Assembly (NCBI GenBank): GCA_965212125.1
Contig: OZ243045.1
Span: forward strand, 1,909,521 to 1,973,520
Reading direction: 5' to 3'
Source: Candidatus Poriferisodalaceae bacterium
GTDB taxonomy: Bacteria > Actinomycetota > Acidimicrobiia > Acidimicrobiales > Poriferisodalaceae
DNA: 64,000 nt
Both the position numbers and the translations under genes were made by a program. The notes below the pieces were generated by a model. It was not told the DNA's origin, searched no databases, and saw only the letters and a list, made by a program, of their open reading frames with translations. Shown here one piece after another: positions 57,335 to 64,000 of the stretch. Each line of letters begins with the position of its first letter. The stretch's first letter is position 1.

Positions 57335-58663
57335 TTGTTCAAACGACTACTGCTTAGATTGGTTGCGACGCTGCTTGTCGCGGCGGCGTGTTTAGTTGTC
57401 ATCTTGGTTGTTTTTTCTTCCAAGGCCATGTCTCAGGCTGGGCTAGCCCAGGCCGAGCTAGCCCAAGCTGAGCTAGCCCAGGCCGATGAAGATTCGCCGC
57501 AAACCACCCCGTCGTTGTTGCTGGTGGTGGCGGAGGTCAACGGGCTGATCGACAGCACCACCGCTTCTTATCTAAAGGAGCAGATCGCGCTCGCAGCCGA
57601 CAACCAAGCCATAGCGCTGGTGTTGCAACTTGACAGCCGCGGCTCAACTCTCAGCGACGCAGACCTGGCGGAACTTTTGGATGTAGTCGCAAACGCCGCC
57701 ATGCCCATCGGCGTGTGGGTCGGACCTAGCGGCGCAACCGCTCGTGGCGGCGCCGCTCAACTAGTAGCCGTTGCGGAGTTCTCAGCGCTAGCGCCGGGCA
57801 GCACGATTTTGTCCGAGGGCACGCCCGGACGGTCGCAGCAGCAGAGCGACACGGTGCTATCAGACAGCGAAGCCTTCGCGGCTGGCGTCACCTCAGCCAC
57901 CGCCCCCAGCATCGGCGATTTCTTGCTGGCGATCAGCGACGCCGAAATCATTCCGCCGATCTCCGCTGAGATCACCAACGACGCTGGCGAACCGCAGCGC
58001 ACCATTTCCGAAGAGGTGTCGGTGTCGTTCGTGCAGCTGTCGCTGCTTGACAGCCTCTTCCACACCGCCGCCAGTCCGGCCATTGCGTATCTGCTCTTGT
58101 TGATCGGCTTGTCGATGGTTTTGCTGGACTTCTTTACCGGCGGCGTTGGCGTAGCCGCCGCGGTCGGGGTAGGCGCACTGGCGCTCAGCGCTTACGGATT
58201 AGGCGAGCTGGACATCCGGATCTGGGCTTTGGTGGTGCTGGTCGGCGCGTTCTGCGCATTCGGGATTGACCTACAAGCTGGCATTCCCCGGTTTTGGACC
58301 GTGATCGGCTGTATTGCGCTAGTGGTCGGCTCGCTGTTTGTGCTGAGGGAGCATTCTTTGAATTGGCTCCCGTTCGTAACCGGCGTGGGGCTGGCGGCGG
58401 TGTTCGTGCTTTTCGGCATGCCTGCGTTGATTCGCACGCGCTACGGCACGACCGCCGTCGGGCGAGAGTGGCTGGTTGGTGCGGTTGGTGTGGCGGTGAC
58501 CGACATAGACCAGCACGGCACGCAAGGCGTCCTTGAAATTGACACGGCACAGTGGAGCGCACGCATCAGTTCCGCCAGCCAGAAGCCGCCGTTGCGAGCC
58601 GGCGAAACGGCGGTGGTTACGGGACTATCCGGTGTGGTGTTGGAGGTGGAACCGCCCGGCTGA
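57335..58663 (+). CDS. NfeD-family membrane-bound ClpP-class protease
   Basis: Signal/TM segment, a ClpP-like domain, a polytopic middle region and a C-terminal OB-like NfeD domain (GETAVVTGLSGVVLEV). TTG start per the ORF track. Confidence 0.7.
   Translation: MFKRLLLRLVATLLVAAACLVVILVVFSSKAMSQAGLAQAELAQAELAQADEDSPQTTPSLLLVVAEVNGLIDSTTASYLKEQIALAADNQAIALVLQLDSRGSTLSDADLAELLDVVANAAMPIGVWVGPSGATARGGAAQLVAVAEFSALAPGSTILSEGTPGRSQQQSDTVLSDSEAFAAGVTSATAPSIGDFLLAISDAEIIPPISAEITNDAGEPQRTISEEVSVSFVQLSLLDSLFHTAASPAIAYLLLLIGLSMVLLDFFTGGVGVAAAVGVGALALSAYGLGELDIRIWALVVLVGAFCAFGIDLQAGIPRFWTVIGCIALVVGSLFVLREHSLNWLPFVTGVGLAAVFVLFGMPALIRTRYGTTAVGREWLVGAVGVAVTDIDQHGTQGVLEIDTAQWSARISSASQKPPLRAGETAVVTGLSGVVLEVEPPG
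57442..57486. repeat. 15-nt x3 in-frame tandem repeat in nfeD
   Basis: gctagcccaggccga / gctagcccaagctga / gctagcccaggccga, encoding LAQAELAQAELAQA. Confidence 0.95.
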
Positions 58664-58746
58664 TCGGGTTTGCTAATCGCACTTTTTGCGCCGATTTCCT
58701 TTTGAGGGGGTTGCGCGCATAGAGTGCCAATCAATAAGGGGGAAAT

Positions 58747-59022
58747 GTGAGCGCACTGCTCAATGAAGAGTGGCAAGACAAGGCTGCGTGTAGGGGACCG
58801 CATGTTGACCTTTTCTTTCCGCCAGTGATAACTGAGCGCCGTGAAGAAAAGCGCGTGCGTGAGCTCAAGGCCAAGTCGATTTGCGCGCAATGCGCGGTTA
58901 CCGATGATTGCCTAGGTCACGCACTTGAGGTTGGTGAGCATCACGGCGTGTGGGGTGGAACCAACGAGATCGAGCGGCGACACATGCTGGCGCAACTTGA
59001 ACTTGACCAGGCGGGCGCTTAG
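58747..59022 (+). CDS. whiB: WhiB-family Fe-S transcription factor
   Basis: C-X29-C-X2-C-X5-C pattern (CRGP...CAQCAVTDDC), followed by GVWGG. Good SD (AAGGGGGA) before the GTG. Confidence 0.9.
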   Translation: MSALLNEEWQDKAACRGPHVDLFFPPVITERREEKRVRELKAKSICAQCAVTDDCLGHALEVGEHHGVWGGTNEIERRHMLAQLELDQAGA

Positions 59023-60821
59023 CTCAGCTCGGGCAAGCGCGGTCCGGCGATGCGCAGATCGTCTCGCCGGCGTGTAACGCCGGTGCTATCCAGGCGCCCC
59101 ACCAGCGGCAGAGCGAACTTGCGGGTGGTGCCCAGGGCGTCTCTGATTTCCGCCATCGTTACGCCCGCTGGCTTTGACGCCAGCAGCGCGGCGACTCGCT
59201 GAGCAGCCAGATCCACTGCGCTGGCCGCAAACCAAATGCCGTCGGCCTTGACGATCAGCCCGCGGCGTGCCAGCTGTGCCAGCTCGTCCGCGGGAACCTT
59301 GAAATCCTGGTTAGGGGCAAACGGCTCGGCGGCTAGCTGTTCGATCAGCTGGTGCTGCGCCAACGGGTCGGCCTGATCTCCAAAACGGGCTTTGCCCTCG
59401 GCCACCACTACCCCTTCAACCAAATCCAACGCCAGTCGCTGCCGTTCGTCAAGTTGAGACACTTCCAAGCCAAGCGCACCAGCCTCGGTGATCGTCGCCG
59501 TCAGCGACTCAACCAGCTCGCTAAGAACCGCTGGCGGTGCGACCCAGCGTCCCAGTACTGCCGGCCGTCGCTCGCCGGTCAGCCGTTCAAGCTGCGCGGT
59601 GTCAATCCAGCCTCGCTCAGCGATCACGCGCTCAACGCTCAGGTCGGGCGCAGCAACGGCGGCGGGCAGCTGCGGGTCAACGTCCAAAATAGTGCCGCCG
59701 CCCACGGTTTCGGTGCGGCCGAACTCGCGCAGCACGAAACGATCGCCAGCCACCAGCGGCAGGGCTTGGTCAAAATGCAGCCGCACGTTGCCGACGGCGC
59801 CGGGCGCCAAGCGGTCTTTGCCGAGCACTCGCATCTTCACCGGCCATTCGCCCGACCCCACATACATCGCAAAGGCGCCCCGCCTGGAAACATCGTGGGA
59901 AAGCTCGGGCAGCACCGTTAGCTGGGTGTCTAGCGTGCGCGTGAGGTGCCACTGATCGGCGCGCACCAGCGCAGTGCCGCGCTGCGATTGCTCAACGGCG
60001 CGTGATTGTCCGGCACCACCGCCGGTCAAATTGAGCGCCACCCGGTGGCCGGGGCCAATCTGGTCGTGCTCTTGCCCCTGGCTTTGAATGGCTCGCACGC
60101 TTACCTGCGCGTTGCTTGCCGTGGTGCCCGTCGTGGCGCCCGGCGCTAGCAGCAACGTTTCGCCGACGCTGATGGAGCCGCCCGTCAGCGTTCCCGTTAT
60201 GACCCGTCCGGTGCCATCCACGACAAAAGAGCGATCGATCCACAGGCGCGGGCGGTCTTTGTCGGCGGCGGTTGGTGCCGTGCTCGTTAGCTGATCTAGC
60301 GCGGCTGCTAGCTCGGGGATGCCTTCGCCAGCGGGGGCGTTGGTGGCAATGATCGGCGCCCGCTCCAGGAAGGTTCCGGTCGTGTGTTCTGCCACTTCTA
60401 GCTGTGCTAGCTCTAGCGCTTCCGCCGCCGCTTTGTTGCTGGCACTGTCGTCAGCACTGCCGCCCGCAAGAGCATCCGCGTGTGTCAGCACCACCACTCC
60501 GGCGGACACGTTCAGGAGTTGCAGAATGGCCAGATGCTCGGCCGACTGCGGCTTCCAACCTTCGGTGGCGGACACCACAAACATGACCGCGTCAATGGCA
60601 CCGACACCGGCCAGCATGTTTTTGATAAAGCGAATGTGACCTGGCACGTCAATAAAGCTGACCTGACGACCCGACGGCAAAGTGGTGAAAGCAAAACCCA
60701 GCTCAATCGTCAGGCCGCGCTGCTGCTCTTCTTTGAGGCGGTCGGGGTTGGTGCCGGTTAGAGCACGAACGAGGGTTGATTTGCCGTGGTCGACGTGGCC
60801 GGCGGTTGCAATGATGTGCAC
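59019..60821 (-). CDS. selB: selenocysteine-specific translation elongation factor
   Basis: AGHVDHGKSTL G1 motif, DVPGH, and C-terminal winged-helix repeats. I trimmed the start to GTG 60821, 4 nt after the selA stop. Confidence 0.85.
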   Translation of the reverse strand: MHIIATAGHVDHGKSTLVRALTGTNPDRLKEEQQRGLTIELGFAFTTLPSGRQVSFIDVPGHIRFIKNMLAGVGAIDAVMFVVSATEGWKPQSAEHLAILQLLNVSAGVVVLTHADALAGGSADDSASNKAAAEALELAQLEVAEHTTGTFLERAPIIATNAPAGEGIPELAAALDQLTSTAPTAADKDRPRLWIDRSFVVDGTGRVITGTLTGGSISVGETLLLAPGATTGTTASNAQVSVRAIQSQGQEHDQIGPGHRVALNLTGGGAGQSRAVEQSQRGTALVRADQWHLTRTLDTQLTVLPELSHDVSRRGAFAMYVGSGEWPVKMRVLGKDRLAPGAVGNVRLHFDQALPLVAGDRFVLREFGRTETVGGGTILDVDPQLPAAVAAPDLSVERVIAERGWIDTAQLERLTGERRPAVLGRWVAPPAVLSELVESLTATITEAGALGLEVSQLDERQRLALDLVEGVVVAEGKARFGDQADPLAQHQLIEQLAAEPFAPNQDFKVPADELAQLARRGLIVKADGIWFAASAVDLAAQRVAALLASKPAGVTMAEIRDALGTTRKFALPLVGRLDSTGVTRRRDDLRIAGPRLPELS

Positions 60822-60825
60822 TGCG

Positions 60826-62208
60826 TTAGTGCGTTGAGTTGCTGCTAGCGCTCTCGCTAGTCGTGTCGGCCGGAGCGACTGCCGCCGCGGTTGCTGCCGC
60901 AGAAATTGCCGCCGCCAGAACCGTGTCATCGCTGGGTGCGACCGTGCGCAAATCAATCACGGTGAGATCGTCGCGAACGCGTGCGATCACGGGCGGGTTG
61001 TGCGCGCGCAACGCCGCGGTTATGTCGCCCGGCAGCTCCACTCCAGCCGATGGGATGGCTTGGTCGGGCAGTGATCCAGCCCCTGCTAGCGCTTCCGTTG
61101 AGACGACTCGGCCGGCGCCCGCCGCGGCCACCAGGTTTTTTGCTCGCTGCTCTAGCTCAGCCAGCGGCACCGCAGCCATCGCCCAAAAAGGAATGGATGC
61201 GCCGTCGCGCCGCAGGTAAGCCAACGCGGTCTGCTGCAACGATGACAGAACCAAACCGCCTGGTCGCAGCGCTCGCATGAGCGGGTGCGCCGCACATTTG
61301 CTGATCAAATCTGCTTGGCCACAGATGATCCCGGCTTGCGGACCGCCAAACAGCTTGTCGCCGGAGAAGGTAACGATCGCCGCCCCGGCCGCCAGCGTCT
61401 GACTCACGCCCGGCTCATTGCGCAGCCAGTCCGGTCGCACGCCCAGCCAGTCGCACCGTTCGTCGATCAGCCCGGAACCCAGATCGACAACAACGGGCGG
61501 GCCAATCTGGGCTAGCTCAGCGACGGAGGCGGTCTCGGTGAAACCGCTTATCCGATAGTTAGAAGGGTGAACCTTTAGCAGCAGCGCCAGGTTTTTGTCT
61601 TGCGCGGCGGCTGCGTAGTCAGCGGCTCTGGTGCGATTAGTGGTGCCGACCTCGACCAGCTGCGCCCCCGATTGAGCCATCACGTCCGGCACGCGGAAGC
61701 CGCCGCCGATCTCAACCAACTCGCCGCGTGAAACCGCCACGCCTTTGCCCTTGGCCAGCGCAGCCAGCACCAACATGACCGCGGCGGCGCAGTTATTGAC
61801 CACCAGGGCGGCTTGCGCGCCGGTTAGTTGCGCCAACAAGCGAGAAGCGTGGACGTGGCGCGAGCCGCGCTTGCCGCTGGCCATGTCGAACTCCAGATTG
61901 CTGGCACGCGCGGTGCTTGGCTGGTCGGCGGGCGTATCGGCCGAGCTGCTTCCCTGAGGCGCGCCCATCTGAAAGGGCGCCAGCGGGGAGCGCCCCAAGT
62001 TTGTGTGCAGCAAAACCCCCGTTGCGTTGATGACCGGCCCCAGCAGCGACTTCTGCATCTCCAGCGCGATGGCGCGTGCATCATCGGGCGCACTCCTGGC
62101 GATGGCGTCGCGTGCGGCTTCAACCAGCAGCGGTTGTGGCAGATCAACGTCGGCGATCGACAACGCAAGTTTGTTAACCGAAGGCGGCCGTTCGGCTAGG
62201 TCGTTCAC
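60826..62208 (-). CDS. selA: L-seryl-tRNA(Sec) selenium transferase
   Basis: 460 aa. VINATGVLLHTNLGRS and FSGDKLFGGPQAGII (PLP-Lys) blocks. Confidence 0.9.
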   Translation of the reverse strand: MNDLAERPPSVNKLALSIADVDLPQPLLVEAARDAIARSAPDDARAIALEMQKSLLGPVINATGVLLHTNLGRSPLAPFQMGAPQGSSSADTPADQPSTARASNLEFDMASGKRGSRHVHASRLLAQLTGAQAALVVNNCAAAVMLVLAALAKGKGVAVSRGELVEIGGGFRVPDVMAQSGAQLVEVGTTNRTRAADYAAAAQDKNLALLLKVHPSNYRISGFTETASVAELAQIGPPVVVDLGSGLIDERCDWLGVRPDWLRNEPGVSQTLAAGAAIVTFSGDKLFGGPQAGIICGQADLISKCAAHPLMRALRPGGLVLSSLQQTALAYLRRDGASIPFWAMAAVPLAELEQRAKNLVAAAGAGRVVSTEALAGAGSLPDQAIPSAGVELPGDITAALRAHNPPVIARVRDDLTVIDLRTVAPSDDTVLAAAISAAATAAAVAPADTTSESASSNSTH

Positions 62209-62214
62209 GGCTGT

Positions 62215-63501
62215 CTATGCACTGCTCCCGTGTGCTCCGCTTGGCAGCGTCAGCGTCACCTCACTCGGACCAGCCAGATCGGGGTAGGCGCTGCAGGTTG
62301 ACAAATCAATCGGCGGAGCTATTTCGGAGACCAACAGATCGATGATCTCGTCGAAGGCCGCCGCCGCGGCGCTTTGTCCGCTGTTCTGTCCACCAGCCTG
62401 CCCATCAGCCTGCCCCCCAACTTGCCCATCAGCCAACCCAGCAATCGTCAGCGGTGCACCTTCGTCGCCGCCCTTGCTAATCGCAGCCTCCAGCGGGATA
62501 GATCCGATCAGCGGCACATCTAGGTCGGCAGCCAGACGAGCACCACCGCCTTCGCCAAATATCGGGAAGCTCTGCCCGTCGGGCGCAATAAACGCAGACA
62601 TATTTTCAATCACGCCGGTGATCGGCATGTGGCTGCGGCGAGCCATGTCCGCCACTCGCACCGCAACCTTTTGAGCGCTGAGCGCCGGCGTCGTAACGAC
62701 CAGCATTTCCGCCTGCGGCAACAGGCGCGACAAAGCCATCTGCACGTCGCCGGTGCCGGGCGGCATGTCAATCAGCAAATAATCCAGCGCACCCCACGCC
62801 ACGTCGTGCAAAAACTGCTCCACGGCCTTAGCCAGCATCAGGCCGCGCCACATCAGTGCTTTTTCTTCGGTGTCGACCAGCAGCCCGGTTGAGACCACCT
62901 TGAGCAGGCCTTCCCCGACGGCCACCTCAATGGGGACAATTTTGGAGCCAGCCTCGCCGTCCATTGCCGGGCGAGCCGAAAGGCGGCCCTCAACGTTCAA
63001 CATTCGCGGCACGCTGAATCCCCATATGTCGGCATCAAGGACACCGACGGTGAAGCCTCTTTTGGCTAAGCCCGCCGCCAGGTTCACGGTGATTGACGAC
63101 TTGCCGACACCGCCTTTGCCCGAAGCGACCGCCAAGATGCGCGTGCCCGGAGGCACCTGGGTGGGGTCGGCGTGGTCGCGTGCGTGCTTGCGTGCCCGCT
63201 CCATCACACGCGCTTTTTCTTCGGGTCGCAGCTCGTCCCAATGCAGCTTCACCGCGTCAATGCCGGGCAGGGTGCGCACCCGTGACTCACAGTCGCGCTT
63301 GATGGTTGCGCGCAGCGGGCAGCCGGCTGTGGTCAAGGCAATGGTGATGTGCGCGGTGTTGCCCTCGCGGTAGGCGTTGCGAACCATTCCCAGGTCAACG
63401 ATGTTGTCGTGCAACTCAGGGTCAATGACGCCACGCAAAACACCCAGCACGGCCTCATCATCGCCGCCTTGTGGCTGCGTGCCCGTTGCTGTAGCGGTCA
63501 C
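62215..63501 (-). CDS. Mrp/ApbC Fe-S cluster carrier ATPase with N-terminal DUF59/MIP18 domain
   Basis: VIDPELHDNIVDLGM (DUF59), ASGKGGVGKSS, and the CxxC-equivalent region. I trimmed the 520-aa track ORF to GTG 63501 because its 5' part runs through the erpA start. Confidence 0.85.
   Translation of the reverse strand: MTATATGTQPQGGDDEAVLGVLRGVIDPELHDNIVDLGMVRNAYREGNTAHITIALTTAGCPLRATIKRDCESRVRTLPGIDAVKLHWDELRPEEKARVMERARKHARDHADPTQVPPGTRILAVASGKGGVGKSSITVNLAAGLAKRGFTVGVLDADIWGFSVPRMLNVEGRLSARPAMDGEAGSKIVPIEVAVGEGLLKVVSTGLLVDTEEKALMWRGLMLAKAVEQFLHDVAWGALDYLLIDMPPGTGDVQMALSRLLPQAEMLVVTTPALSAQKVAVRVADMARRSHMPITGVIENMSAFIAPDGQSFPIFGEGGGARLAADLDVPLIGSIPLEAAISKGGDEGAPLTIAGLADGQVGGQADGQAGGQNSGQSAAAAAFDEIIDLLVSEIAPPIDLSTCSAYPDLAGPSEVTLTLPSGAHGSSA
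62386..62433. repeat. 12-nt x4 in-frame tandem repeat in mrp
   Basis: ctgtccaccagc / ctgcccatcagc / ctgccccccaac / ttgcccatcagc, encoding ADGQVGGQADGQAGGQ on the minus strand. Confidence 0.9.
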
Positions 63502-63609
63502 ATCAGTCAGGGTACTTGCCTGGATAGCGCTCAGAGTTCGTTGGCGGTAGTATTGATTTAAGCAAGCTATACAAGCAGGCTGTACCCGAACCAGAACAGG
63601 GGCTAGCAA

Positions 63610-63930
63610 ATGATCACTCTTACTGAGATTGCAACTGAGAAGGTGCAAGAGTTGATTGAGGCCGAGGGCGACCCCGGCCTGGCACTGCGCGTGGCTGTGC
63701 GCCCGGGTGGTTGTTCGGGATTCAGCTACGAGATGTTTTTTGACAGCGAGGTCAACGCCGACGACAAATCGCAGCATTACGGCGCGGTAACGGTGGTGTC
63801 GGACACGATGAGCGCGCAGTTGCTAGATGGTGCGACGCTTGATTTCTCCGACGGCTTGATGGGCTCAGGATTTGCGATTGACAACCCCAACGCCCAACGA
63901 ACCTGCGGCTGCGGAAACTCTTTTAGCTAG
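63610..63930 (+). CDS. erpA: HesB/IscA-family Fe-S cluster insertion protein
   Basis: 106 aa. GCSGFSY and C-terminal CGCGNSF motifs. Confidence 0.9.
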   Translation: MITLTEIATEKVQELIEAEGDPGLALRVAVRPGGCSGFSYEMFFDSEVNADDKSQHYGAVTVVSDTMSAQLLDGATLDFSDGLMGSGFAIDNPNAQRTCGCGNSFS

Positions 63931-64000
63931 CCGTTCCACCAAGCGCGCCGAGCCGAGGTCGGGCATAAGCCGTGAGTGAGCCGCCGAGCGAGGCGAAGCT

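Noticed and set aside
59019-60956. The 645-aa ORF taken as full-length selB
   Set aside because: The Arg-rich 45-codon extension overlaps the selA 3' end. The G1 motif follows immediately after GTG 60821, which sits 4 nt past the selA stop.
62215-63777. The 520-aa ORF taken as full-length mrp
   Set aside because: The N-terminal 90 or so codons have no Mrp/DUF59 similarity. They also run antisense through the erpA start and its promoter region. I trimmed it to GTG 63501; a CTG start nearby is also possible.
63931-64000. A possible gene start (GTG at about 63972) or tRNA-Sec at the right edge
   Set aside because: Too little sequence remains to support a CDS, and there is no tRNA-like acceptor or T-arm.

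Overview
High-GC chromosomal segment, about 65-67% GC by hand counts on sampled 60-nt lines, densely coding on both strands. The lineage looks like Actinomycetota: WhiB, PAC2, AccE, an FHA/PP2C/tRNA-Leu locus, and an AdaA-AlkA fusion next to ogt. I call about 58 CDS, 4 tRNAs (Leu-CAG, Ser-CGA, Ser-GGA, Pro-CGG) and an SRP RNA. Most of the window is housekeeping: aroC, xseAB, tadA, dnaX-recR, ask-asd, and the menaquinone cluster menF-D-H-C plus menE. It also holds ethylmalonyl-CoA/propionyl-CoA metabolism genes (ccr, epimerase, MeaA/Ecm-type mutase, pccB-accE), a BMP-type ABC transporter, mtnA, selA-selB, mrp and erpA. One region is clearly accessory (about 10.3-14.4 kb). There, a direct repeat of about 0.95 kb (the tauE 3' end plus a His-rich lipoprotein gene) brackets a low-GC gene. 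That gene encodes a 668-aa secreted protein rich in His and Cys, with reiterated C-x-H-x-H modules and polyproline tracts, and I cannot assign it to any family. This three-gene cassette is the best candidate for something undescribed; its function (extracytoplasmic metal handling?) is inference only. Other points worth a second look are listed here. TAG is the majority stop codon (35 of 56 complete CDS calls), alongside CTAG-rich palindromes in spacers. A MerR-like regulator is fused in frame to MenF. A low-GC rmuC sits at the end of the men operon. An aldolase-SDR fusion lies next to mtnA and may be a DHAP-shunt module. In-frame 12-18 nt tandem duplications occur in many conserved genes. No CRISPR array, integrase, transposase or prophage genes were seen. 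RNA ends and alternative start codons are hand-derived and may be off by a few nt.
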